DNA of 64,000 nucleotides. It comes from an uncultured virus (IMG/VR IMGVR_UViG_3300022753_001683) (Duplodnaviria > Heunggongvirae > Uroviricota > Caudoviricetes). The notes beneath the pieces are model-generated. The model was not told where the DNA came from, made no database searches, and saw only the letters and a program-made list of their open reading frames with translations. Position 1 is the first letter of the stretch. Each line of letters begins with the position of its first letter. The position numbers were made by a program, and so were the translations under genes. Shown one piece after another: positions 52,401 through 61,323 of the stretch. Where the stretch lies: IMG/VR virus record IMGVR_UViG_3300022753_001683; one strand, 5' to 3'.

Positions 52401-53797
52401 TTTGTAGCGTCAAGGTCCATCTTATAATTTGGAACAATGAACACTTGGAATTCTTTATAAGTTAAACCGCACTGTAAAATGAAAGAGTTCATTTCATTTA
52501 CATTATAAGTAGCGATAGTCCATGGTTGCCATTCGGTTTCAGAATAAGTTACAGTAACACCAATTTGTTCTTCACCATTGATGTAATATTCAACATACGC
52601 TTTACCATCATTACGAGTTGGATCATATACATTATAAGGAATCTTAATAATTGTATAATTTTCCTCTTCTGTCTTATTATATGGAGACCAAATAATTGGT
52701 ACAGCTTTTTCACCAGAAGTGATATTTCTAAATACACCAATACCGTAATGATAATCACCAACAACAACTTCACTCGTGCCGATCATCATTGTCGCGTGAA
52801 CATCTAATGTATGACCACCTTGATCTACGTTAGACAATAAATCATTTAATTTAAAGGCGCCACTTTGAGAAGTAACAACATCGCTTACTTCATAGCTAAG
52901 TCCGCTTAATCCATCAGTGAGCGTATAAACAACATTAATACTCCAGTCGTCAGGAAGCTTAGATCCTTGTCCGGCATAAACTTTATAATAATATTGCACA
53001 TCTTGTTCTTCTGGTTTTAAGAGTGCAATTGGATTCCATTGATTTGTTGGCTCATAGTGAACATCAACACAAGTAACTTGACGAGTTACTGGAGAGCTAT
53101 AGCGGAGATCTACTTCTACTTGGAAAAGGAAATAGTTCTGATCACCAGCAACCACATCATCGGCATTTAGCTCAATATCAAACCAATCTCCAACATCAAC
53201 GGTAAAACTCTTTGTAAAACGAGGAGCAATACCTTCTTTATATTCTCCAACGTTATTATAAATTTGCAAAGTAAAAGTACCAGATTGACCTCCGCGGGCA
53301 TCAGTAACTTTACCTTTACCAATTAACTTTGTTCCATATGGATGATATTTAGGAAAATCAATAGAAAGCAAAATGCTGGAATCGAAGATTTCATCTCCAT
53401 CTCCATCGCCGATTCCACCACCACCGCCACCGGCAATGAGAAGCTTTTCGCAATAAGCAAGAACATCATCCATCTGCACAATCTTATAGAACGTATTATC
53501 AGAATTAATAATAATACTACCAACAAGATAGTGATCTTCTAAAATATTCTCACGAGGAAATGGATATAGTGCTGTTTCAGGATCTAAAACAAGCTCTTCG
53601 GGTGGAGTGTCACCATAAACGAAAAGGATACCATTTCCGCTCATTTGATAACGGTTACCATTTACATCGAAGAAGATTTTTCTATTATCATAAGCAAAAT
53701 AAACGGCGCCGTTTCTTTTAATCGCGGCATTAACCATTTCTTCTGTACCATGATAAGGACTAAAAGCATCAGTAGAGATTCTTTCAGATACATTCAT
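46484..53797 (-). CDS. Giant virion-associated protein (2437 aa): LamG-like domain, CotH-like kinase-fold region, InlB-B-like repeats and BspA-type LRRs
   Basis: LYVNGV...IFNIRVY (LamG); QGTSSQGYPRRNYK, LKADYMESS, DSRQKN...WFPIFYDIDT (CotH-like); YDFVGW/YKFIGW; FPDSLTTIGTFCFRNC (LRR_5). Confidence 0.7.
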   Translation of the reverse strand: MNVSERISTDAFSPYHGTEEMVNAAIKRNGAVYFAYDNRKIFFDVNGNRYQMSGNGILFVYGDTPPEELVLDPETALYPFPRENILEDHYLVGSIIINSDNTFYKIVQMDDVLAYCEKLLIAGGGGGGIGDGDGDEIFDSSILLSIDFPKYHPYGTKLIGKGKVTDARGGQSGTFTLQIYNNVGEYKEGIAPRFTKSFTVDVGDWFDIELNADDVVAGDQNYFLFQVEVDLRYSSPVTRQVTCVDVHYEPTNQWNPIALLKPEEQDVQYYYKVYAGQGSKLPDDWSINVVYTLTDGLSGLSYEVSDVVTSQSGAFKLNDLLSNVDQGGHTLDVHATMMIGTSEVVVGDYHYGIGVFRNITSGEKAVPIIWSPYNKTEEENYTIIKIPYNVYDPTRNDGKAYVEYYINGEEQIGVTVTYSETEWQPWTIATYNVNEMNSFILQCGLTYKEFQVFIVPNYKMDLDATKGAVLYLNALGRSNLETPNKRQQWPNKAETQDDTIGLGEIKFNNFNWANNGWIEDESEGTCLRVSNGASVEIPLAAMSTVKAASRTYEFDFKVRNAVDYSRLIIEKAVQKIDANGNPMFDEDGTPETEQVKTVSSGEGAFLTYFNPSNYRGFMLGTQEAFFSLSKTKVVNARYTDDERVKISIVVDAAGKFTQIYNTETGAPTSNTIPLIYLYVNGVLTNIMKFTSNDDFSASVDKIVINSDYCDVDIFNIRVYTNALNYSAITQNWIGDAPTLDERHNRYNRNGSIVESNKIDYAKVRQADIIPTMVITTYKNSDVGATADNKLPYAKGNKKAVGIRFWNPAKPSQGFHCQNVELDVQGTSSQGYPRRNYKLKTQEKVSGITSWDKPFRFETWDGDENKKDYWYQDHNDESKMISKIDIGNGIAAKTFCLKADYMESSSTHNTQFANLIQTIANQTGSDKSADLRHPLKKYFGQTKDYRTTVFGFPILVFWEDIDGNIEYVGKYNFNLDKGATNTFGFDFGWDLDPTKRVYNPYSVEKIHTSWQKVDELSDDEELREETTPRKSTFGELAECWEFCQNQSGLGKFQSDDVNGFYELIPNTEENAGRLQIYNHFEPRYTYEDWDIGDVYKDNEIGVANQYIKDHTKNFKVMWDWVHSTDTTKFTGSALDATKYYLTLSSQYEHGVTYYTLGADQTYTKANITPTIQAAYQTLNETDNANSVIVNNLKTFTDFLVAVNGTLTEEDKANGMTHDYEKYVGPYTFVKHEDGLFYYEMPEGSDQEAVANCGLEISENYARDEFTIEVNLVWEGFSADLYEKFDTDSIRYRKAKFRNEFTEHFDLDYCAIYFIMTELLLCYDSRQKNMMIATWGPTAKSNANGDFIWFPIFYDIDTQLGVNNSGHVSWDYNTDATLVSEDPDIYDDTGHAFKDASIFSGAGSVLWINFAGLMMDKILAIYRGLRNEGAIELDTLNEHYNTNGSDKWSEIMKNIDADYKYISPATTGYTDQEGTISQTEGYFYCLQGDRTLNRQAFFRNRLNYLDSQWLGGSYNPEFIKKQIKLRYNANDLARTSDDTKDEEGNLVEGLQASASFNLHGYLSQYLSVVYDETATTPKPYVAGQDDPVLIDPPSSIKNRLDDGVPLSQQLAYIRGPEYIADLGNLSDKYLNEIDYSQAIRLRTFTLGSLIDGYRNDGITDKFIDALAITATSPKGLLTYMDLSNLTKLAGSLQLTGAEKINTFMATGTQLSSVEFTEGNLLKTLYLPETITSFVLKQPLELRGIVETAPTIDNTPTGLYIKNLTDKYTTTPNANTTCNIETFVLDRSKMGIDSYRLLDYLYKVKEAKHNGIITDGNTTPILKCDFTDVEWSPYKLVEIGTSFDRATKYYELKNQTTYEVYHDPNGATGYYEEGWINKLNDGVIYTFDDAFDTNVIKNLDIVTAFLDMYEDKTATVETDTYRYRSFLTYNELLPNTKILPGLTGRMHVNNQEEGDALDEYTLWKRYNALYPDLEITGDKVNPAYSVHFVEYNAEGVQKTLGWLKYPYGYAESPVVYEGEEPSRLHYDFVGWAIEDGTFDFRAAHSVITDNDKVTLYATNELNTHVLSAIDGGRVTVVAVYKVHGYTMSFYNYDGSLFEEIETPAGKPIITPTRIPQRDSTSLALTSCYKFIGWHTSLTSSTDTTDLNRILAGSDMNFYAVYMESSVYDNIIDQQYLNITYKTDAVLGNYAIVGLDPTYGIGGKVCFPITVFDEQGVEWPILEIAAGTSATGSVSNGMCQNTDLYAVFFLGCQENAENLSKIYKFNDFAFDKATSLVHVDFPDSLTTIGTFCFRNCTNLVVDNTNNVSYFGNSAFANACRNKDCVVLTVPYNEYSLGDTNNDGIEDFGAAYGNKTFQNCGWSIINFGTAQRPINANALTWLSTNAMFGASSQEYLSLSSFVVTYDNNSTSYDEILSYVDDWITNYDLHITANPNLVQIMQA

Positions 53798-53820
53798 AAA
53801 ACGATTTTCTCCTTCCTCTC

Positions 53821-53860
53821 AAAAAATAAAAAGGGCAAAGTGCAGTGTCACTTTGCCCTG
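53821..53860 (-). terminator. Intrinsic terminator
   Basis: AGGGCAAAGTG/CACTTTGCCCT stem with T-run on the - strand. Confidence 0.75.
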
Positions 53861-53878
53861 TGTAGTAAAATTTATAAA

Positions 53879-55525
53879 TTAGGCGAATTCTCCCCAGACA
53901 AGATCAATAGTAACTGCAGAACCAGAAGCGGTTACAGTTAAGTTATTACTCTTAACGGAGAAGGAGCCTTCTACTTCCTCACCAGACTGCTGAGCCACGA
54001 CAGTCTTAACAGTCGCGGTATTGCTTGCAGCGGATGCAGAATAAGCAATACTGCTAAGAGTGTGATTGGCTACAGAATAAGTACCAGTGGTGATAGCAGT
54101 TACATGGCCATACTCATCATAAGTTACGCCACTAATCGCAGCGAAGGTTTGAGTGGTACCAGCAGTAGTAAGATTTGCAGTACTGGTCTTTGCCTGTACG
54201 GTCTTAGTTGGGTGAGCAATAGTTAAAGTAGTACCACTAGCGCTGCCAGTTAAGCCACTACCAACTGCAATAGAACCAACATTAGACTCTTCACTTGCAA
54301 AGCTCTGAACAAGAGTGAATTCAGAATCAGAAACAGCAGCTGTATACTGATACAAATCATCATTGCCTGCAGGTACGTACTTCCACTCAAGAGCAGCAGT
54401 AATCTTACCGTCGGTCTCAGTACCAGTTGCAATGAACAAATCACCGACCTTGGCGCCAGCTTGTACCAAAGCACCAGAAGTATTCTTGATATCGCCAGCG
54501 GTACTTACAATGTAAGTATCACCAACTGCAACACCAGAATTAGCAACTGGAAGATTGGTAGTTCCGCCAACCGCGCCAATAAATGTCATTGCATTCGCAG
54601 TCTTTAGCTGTGCGGTAATTGCAGCATCAACTTCAGTCTTAGTGTAAAGATCAGCAAGAGTTGCAGTACCATTTACAAACTGAGCAGTCGCCTTTGCTGC
54701 GCCATAACCATACTTAATAATCGGAGTGATACCGGTGCTAGCAACTTCCTCACCATCAGCAAGCTGAATAGTAGTCTTAAAGGCACCATTATTATCAAAA
54801 GCATTGGTAATGCTCTGAGGGGCAACATTCAAATTAATTTGATTTGTGCCAGTTGCAGTAATCGCAACACCGCCACCATTATTTAACTTTAAGGTATGGT
54901 TGGTAGTGCTTGCAGTTTTTGCAGTACCATCTGCATTATAACCACTCTTGATTTCACCCAAGGTGATAGTAGCCACATTACTTGCAACGCTTGCGCCCAA
55001 GCTATTGCTGGTAATAGTATCTGCAGAAGTGATGACAATACCATTGCTATCAGCATTAACATTGGTAGTCGCGGTATTACCACTTGCAATAATTAAGCTA
55101 AATCCATCGGTTACATCTGTGCCATTCTTGTCATACAAAGAAAGCTTAGCCTTAGCCTTCTCGCCATCAGTTACTTCTGAATATACAGTTTCGCTGCTGG
55201 CAATAATATTCTCAAGAACAGGAGCAGCATTAATTTGTACCCATTGAGAATTGTTTTCAGTTGTATTATAGCAACACAAAATGTTATCCTTGCGGACATA
55301 GTAAAGAGCAGTCTTACGCTCCTCAGGTGGATAAGTAGGCAAATCCGCAGTGGTATTTACCATAACAATATCACTTAAACGAAGTCTCTTGCCACCCAAG
55401 TCAGCATACATAATATGCTCATCGGTCGTAACATACACATTACCATTAGTAATGTCAACCTTACTTAGATTAGTAGATAAACCACTTAAAAAGCGAAGTT
55501 TGTTATCTGTTGCATTAATCGCCAT
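53879..55525 (-). CDS. Tail fibre/structural protein (548 aa)
   Basis: Ala/Thr/Gly-rich; AMTFIGAV...GDTYIV and YDEYGHVT fibre motifs. Confidence 0.65.
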   Translation of the reverse strand: MAINATDNKLRFLSGLSTNLSKVDITNGNVYVTTDEHIMYADLGGKRLRLSDIVMVNTTADLPTYPPEERKTALYYVRKDNILCCYNTTENNSQWVQINAAPVLENIIASSETVYSEVTDGEKAKAKLSLYDKNGTDVTDGFSLIIASGNTATTNVNADSNGIVITSADTITSNSLGASVASNVATITLGEIKSGYNADGTAKTASTTNHTLKLNNGGGVAITATGTNQINLNVAPQSITNAFDNNGAFKTTIQLADGEEVASTGITPIIKYGYGAAKATAQFVNGTATLADLYTKTEVDAAITAQLKTANAMTFIGAVGGTTNLPVANSGVAVGDTYIVSTAGDIKNTSGALVQAGAKVGDLFIATGTETDGKITAALEWKYVPAGNDDLYQYTAAVSDSEFTLVQSFASEESNVGSIAVGSGLTGSASGTTLTIAHPTKTVQAKTSTANLTTAGTTQTFAAISGVTYDEYGHVTAITTGTYSVANHTLSSIAYSASAASNTATVKTVVAQQSGEEVEGSFSVKSNNLTVTASGSAVTIDLVWGEFA

Positions 55526-55544
55526 AAGTTAGTCCCTCCTATTT

Positions 55545-56900
55545 TTAATTATCAGAAATTGCAGACCAAGTCATAGTCATGCTAGAAGAACGAGCATCGA
55601 CATACTCGGTAACAGTAGTATAAGTAACTCCATCAAAAGTAAGATTTCCAATGCGACTATCCATCGGTTGAGCCCAATTGCCTTGAGCAGTTAATACATA
55701 CATATTATCTGTATCGGCAACAACACCAGCTGATGGAACAGGCACTAAACCAGCTAAGCCTTGACTCTTAGTAAAATCATAAAGTAAAGCTTTACCGTCA
55801 GACTCAGGAACATCTGTACCATTAATACGAACACCATTAATATAATCTAATCCGCCAATTTGATTTTGTAGATTTTCTAAGGAGCCAAGAATGCCTGAGG
55901 CAATAATTGGATTGCCTTCTGCATCAGTACCGGAAGCAGTTCCGATAATTGAGGCTAAACCATCTACATCAGTACGTAACGTACCAATATTAGTTTGTGC
56001 AATTTTAACAGAACTTTCTAATGTGCCAGTACGAGACTCTAAATTGGCAATAGATGTATTTAATGTCCCAACAGTTGTTTTTAAACCAGAAACATCTGTC
56101 TCAAGTGTTCCTATACGAGTTTCAAAACTAGAAAGATCAACTGGGCTACCCAACTCTTCCCATTTTTGTCCATCGTAGATATATTCTGTTGAAGTTTCTT
56201 TTACGATATAAATATCGCCAGATTCTGCTGTTTCTGGAAGATCATCTTCTGTTTCAACAGAACCGCGATAATGAGTTGCTCCAGCGAATTCCGCTTGAGC
56301 CTCTTCCTTAGTATAATAATTATTGGTTAGATTGGATTTAACACCTGCGACCTCAGTTTGCAATGCAGTAATTGCGGTTTGAAGTCCATCTACAGTAGTT
56401 GGATTTGGTTCATACCAACCTAAAACGAAAGTTGTACCATCTTCATCAAGAGTAACCTGAGGAATTAATCCTGCTTTCCAAGGGTACTCATCATTAACTT
56501 CTTGAAGCACGTAAGCGGCAGGAACTTCTGCCCCAGACTCATCTTCATGAGCAGCAACATAACGATAATACTTAGATCCAAAATCTCGTAAAGTCAAAAG
56601 ACCCTGATCATCAAGAACAATAGTATTTTCGTCTACATTAACTGCGTCTCCACCTGCTCCAGAACCAACTTCAAGTAAAGTGCCAGCAGTATCGGAAATT
56701 ACATATACCGTAGAGGTGTTATCTGTTTCATTAACATAAGTAACAATTTGACCAACATAAGCAACTGTGCTTGTGCTTGCATATGTTACAAGAGCGTCAT
56801 AATCATACCAAATAGAAGTGGAATCTAATGGAATAGGGTTACCACGCTTGATATTAATCGGAAGAGGCATAAATCCGCCGTCTTTTTTAATTACAGCCAT
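55545..56900 (-). CDS. Tail-associated structural protein with coiled-coil segment (451 aa)
   Basis: PIPLD...AYVGQIV N-terminus; HYRGSV...GDIYIV...WEELG; heptad repeats. Confidence 0.65.
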   Translation of the reverse strand: MAVIKKDGGFMPLPINIKRGNPIPLDSTSIWYDYDALVTYASTSTVAYVGQIVTYVNETDNTSTVYVISDTAGTLLEVGSGAGGDAVNVDENTIVLDDQGLLTLRDFGSKYYRYVAAHEDESGAEVPAAYVLQEVNDEYPWKAGLIPQVTLDEDGTTFVLGWYEPNPTTVDGLQTAITALQTEVAGVKSNLTNNYYTKEEAQAEFAGATHYRGSVETEDDLPETAESGDIYIVKETSTEYIYDGQKWEELGSPVDLSSFETRIGTLETDVSGLKTTVGTLNTSIANLESRTGTLESSVKIAQTNIGTLRTDVDGLASIIGTASGTDAEGNPIIASGILGSLENLQNQIGGLDYINGVRINGTDVPESDGKALLYDFTKSQGLAGLVPVPSAGVVADTDNMYVLTAQGNWAQPMDSRIGNLTFDGVTYTTVTEYVDARSSSMTMTWSAISDN

Positions 56901-56914
56901 TTCTTTTCTCCTCC

Positions 56915-58132
56915 TTATCCTAAAGTAATTACGTAGTTTTCAGTTGGATCGAGAGCTGCTGGCTCATATACCCAAACTTTATAGTCTACTGCCTGGTAAC
57001 CGCTCTTGCCTTCAACTTGTACGTAATCCTCTTGAAGTTTGAACTCAGAAGTAATATCTGCGTTCTGACTGACAGGCATAGTAACTTTCTTAACACCAAT
57101 AGAGCTTGTCGCAGGAATTGCAACAACTACCTTCGCGGCATTCGCCACTGAACTTGCCTCATATTGAGGCAATGTTTTTGCGGAAACTGCTGCATTACTA
57201 TTTGTTAATTTTCTAATATTGGCAGAATTTAAGGCTGTACCTGCAGTCATTGCACCATAGAAAAATTGACGATAGCCATAAAGCTTACCGCTCTTAGCTG
57301 TTGCAGTTCCTTCTTTAATGCGATAGCCTGCAACTGCATTACCCAAATTATTAACAGGAATGTCACCTTGAGTATATTCTGCAGTAGCATTAATGTAATA
57401 AGCAGTATCATCAGTTACAGTCAAAGCTGGGAATGTACCAGTAGTTGCTGTCTGAGCAGTATTGCCAATGGTATCAGTGACAGAATAAGTTGCAGTGACA
57501 CCAGTTGGACTAGGACCATATTCATAAGAGCCTGGATTAAAAGTCAAAGTATAGCTTGGGGTCACAGTACTGCCAACTTCATAGGCTTTGTTTTGTGCTG
57601 CGGCGATACTTAAACCTGGCTGAGTAACATCAGGATTTTCTGGTTGAGAGAACAACATTTCAAAAACTTCTTTAACATTTTTGCCTTGTGTTTGTACAAC
57701 CTCAGAACCAGAAGCACCAATCTCAACATATCCTACGTCAGTAGTAAATGTTAAATTCTGGTCAAAATAAACGTTTTCAGCGTTATAATTGCCATCCATG
57801 GCTTTCCAGTGAATGCCGTCATAAACATAAGCTGTATGACTATAAGAATCACCAAAAAGTAATTCCTTAATTACACATACATCATTTTTAATGAGTGTGG
57901 CACCAGCAGTAACTCTTGCAATTGCTTCTTCCTTAGACTCAGTAAACACGCCATTTTCTTGAAGGCGTACGCCTTCATAAAAATTAGCTTGAGCTAAATT
58001 TTTTTCTCCTCGAAGCAATTCTCCGGTATCTGTTAAGAAGTATAATGCATTACTTTGTTTAGAAGCTAAAGCATTATATTCTGCTCGCGTACCAAATTTA
58101 AAGAGTACGGGACTATTAGTTGCCATAAGCAA
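56915..58132 (-). CDS. Tail-associated structural protein (405 aa)
   Basis: N-terminal GT..EY.AL.....ALYF anchor motif, Ig-like C-terminal part; structural-gene context. Confidence 0.6.
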   Translation of the reverse strand: MLMATNSPVLFKFGTRAEYNALASKQSNALYFLTDTGELLRGEKNLAQANFYEGVRLQENGVFTESKEEAIARVTAGATLIKNDVCVIKELLFGDSYSHTAYVYDGIHWKAMDGNYNAENVYFDQNLTFTTDVGYVEIGASGSEVVQTQGKNVKEVFEMLFSQPENPDVTQPGLSIAAAQNKAYEVGSTVTPSYTLTFNPGSYEYGPSPTGVTATYSVTDTIGNTAQTATTGTFPALTVTDDTAYYINATAEYTQGDIPVNNLGNAVAGYRIKEGTATAKSGKLYGYRQFFYGAMTAGTALNSANIRKLTNSNAAVSAKTLPQYEASSVANAAKVVVAIPATSSIGVKKVTMPVSQNADITSEFKLQEDYVQVEGKSGYQAVDYKVWVYEPAALDPTENYVITLG

Positions 58133-58222
58133 TTTACCCCCTTCTTTATTATAAATAAAATGTTGAGCTACGCTCTTTTTTCTATCAAATTATGACTAAT
58201 TCAATTATCTAATACAACCCAT

Positions 58223-58612
58223 TTATGCAGCTGTATCATAAGTATAATCAATGAATAGATAAAGAGGATCGTCATTATCTAAAATGCGGTTTGCATTTAG
58301 AAAATTCTAAATTGAGTTAGCATCAAAGCGTAAGCTATAAATAGGTACTTGCATTACATTAGTGGTATCAAAAGACCACTTGCCTCGAGTATCTTCTTTA
58401 TATAGACCATTCACGCGCGTGCTTAATGGAGTAGGAGTGTCATTTAAATAAAATTTAATTCCAAATACTCCTCCAGAGATAGTTAAAGCTGAAATACGAA
58501 TGGAACTATCAAACATAGAACCACTAATTAACATTTCTGCAGTTAAATTGGCAGGATAATTACGACTATCTCCATCTTTAACATATCGCATTTGTTTTGT
58601 TTTTGTTGCCAT
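58223..58612 (-). CDS. Hypothetical structural protein (129 aa); 1 in-frame TAG
   Basis: SD AAGGAGG; readthrough of TAG 58307 gives ...YLFIDYTYDTAA, ending TAA 58223. Confidence 0.7.
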
Positions 58613-58623
58613 AATATCCCTCC

Positions 58624-61323
58624 TTAGAAGATTCTATCTTCTGCTTTCGTAGCAGTGATATTCATAGTTCCATCATGAGAGAAAGAATAACTAAAAGATT
58701 TTACAAAATATTCTCCTCGAATTCCAGTTATATCATCTGAAACAGATATGCGCACATTTGGTTCAAAATAATAAACTGGCAAAGAATTTAAAGTAATAGT
58801 TTCTTGATAATAAGTATATTGATATACCATATTATCTAAAACTTCTTTAGCACTTTTTCCCTAGCCACTTAAAGTAAAATAATTAAGTAATCCACCCACC
58901 AAATTTAATTTTACATAATTCAATGTAGATTCAGTTGGTTGAGTGTCTGTAGGATCAATAAACAATATTTCAGGAGTATCTCTAAAAAATATCGCTTTTA
59001 CATCGTTATCATTAACAACTTTCGGCCGTCTACCGATTTTATCCATACGGTATTTCTCTAATTCGCTACCCTCGCCAATAAAATCAATCCAAAACAACAA
59101 TTTACCTGGATCTTTAAAATATAAAGTATGTGGTAAATTATGTCCTTCACTATCAAGTTCAGCCTAACAGTAAATAATATCGGGATGCCAATATTTATTC
59201 TCAAACCACTCATTATGTCGTTTAATACGATCTTCTTTTTCTGAATCAGTTAAAGAATTATCTTTTTCAATTTCACTAATTGAACGATTATCATATACCA
59301 ATCGCCAAAAGGCTAACATATCAGCATAACAATAATCATAACCAGTATTCCAAGTATTTTGCCATTTATCAATTAATTCAATATGAGTACTACTCATAAA
59401 TAAATCAGCATCGCTACCATCAGCAGCCGGAATTCCAAAAATCATTGAGCCTTTTTCTTGTAAATATTCAATAGACTTTCCAGTGTTTTTGTCTGTCATT
59501 TCTAAAACTGGATGTTTCCAAGATTTTTCATCAGCATCATAATAATAACATTTTGCGGGAACATTTAATTTAGCACCTGTTTTATATGGATAATATCCTT
59601 TATTCATGGCTAACGTTAATTGTTCTATATATGCAGAAGCTCTTGAATTATCATAGGCCATACGGTATAAAATTTCTCGCCAGTCCACAATCTAAAAATT
59701 ATTAGTATCCCACTGTAAAGCATCTAAATTCACAGTAACTATAACTGTTTGATTAATATATTCAGGCTTTTCTGGGATAGTAATACCAAAATAATCAGAA
59801 TATCGGCTACGACCATCAGCCAAGAAATATTGCCATTTATTAGAATAAGTTCCATCTCCATTGTCGACATATACCCAATGAAAAGAATAATAACCATTCA
59901 ACTCAGTTGTGCCAAGAGTTTCTGTCATTGCAGATAAGAAATTCTCTTCATTAACAATAACATCATGACAATTAAGACCGTTATTGCGACCTGGCTCAAA
60001 ATAAATCTTTTTCCCAATTTCGCCAAAACGCCAATTATCTTCTGTATAATAAGTGATACCATTAAATAAACAGAAATATTCTTGCGGTTTATTATCAATA
60101 GCATAACGTAAATGTATTGGTGCATCAGTTGAAGTTGTGCCCCATACAACAAAATCATTACGAATATTACTTAATAAAGGCTTATTTGCAAATGAGTTAA
60201 TCAAAAAACCATTAATAAATTCATATTGAGTCTAAGTACTATTTAAACTATCATAATAAGTACTTTCACCTTCATTTGTAATTGCACCATGCCAAGCAAT
60301 ATTATGATAAATACGCTTTCTTTGAAAAACAAATCTACCCCAAATATCATAGAAATATTCAAATTCACCAAGCATATTTACAATAGCATCAAGAGCTTGT
60401 GTGACTGGACTACCAGCATTTACAATTAATTCACCTGGATAAGTAAGTTCTGTTTCACGATATCCTGCAGTATCACCATATTCTACAAATTTAATAATAC
60501 GATAATAAATTCCATTTAGTTCAAATGGCTCATAAGGAATATAGTAATCAGGATCATCTTCTGTAGCGCCTTCTTTTTTGGGTGCAGCTTGAATAAAATC
60601 ATTAGCCAAAGCAGATCCTTCAAATACCATTTGACTAGTATAAAACTTAAAATCAGATGATGTAGAAATATCATAAATAAATAAGCCTTTATCAGCTACT
60701 TTATAATCTAATAATTCTACTGCGCAATCATCTAAATCTGCAATTATAATATTTTCGTAAGATTCAAGAGCATAAGTGTGTACGGCGTCTCTGACAATTT
60801 CTTTGATAGCAATTTCTTTGCGGTAAGTGGTGCCATCACCATTAATAATTTCAATATCACTAAAGCTGTGATCGGCAAATAAACTTCCTCCAATTGAACC
60901 ATCTAACATGCACATTTTATCTTTTCCCTAAATAGAAATTGATAATCCAGATGTATTGGAGGTCTAAGAGAAAGAAGTAATAATAAATACTCCCTGTTGA
61001 AACCAAATAATTTCATCATGAATTGTATCAATGTAGTTTCGTAATCCAATTAAAACCGCAAATTTAGTATGTAATCCCCAATAAATTTCATTTAATTCTG
61101 AATTGGTATTATCTGTTGTAATATTGAGGCTGCAAGTGCGGCGGGTGGCTGAAGAGCCATCCACAGAAATATTGCCAGATACAATATTACCGGTAATTTC
61201 TGCGATGGCTCGTTCATCCCAGTCTAATGAAATTAATTTAGCAAATACTTCACGTTGAGTATAATTATCTAACTGCTTTAAAAAGACATTATCTAAAGAA
61301 GCTTGAGAAGTACCAATAAACAT
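58624..61323 (-). CDS. Tail/baseplate hub-like protein (DUF5048-like, 899 aa); 6 in-frame TAG
   Basis: Six track ORFs in one frame joined by TAG 60964, 60928, 60232, 59692, 59164, 58861; GNISVDGSSATRRTCSL, ISI(TAG)GKDKMC, EYFYDIWGRFVFQ, PVYYFEPN. Confidence 0.75.
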
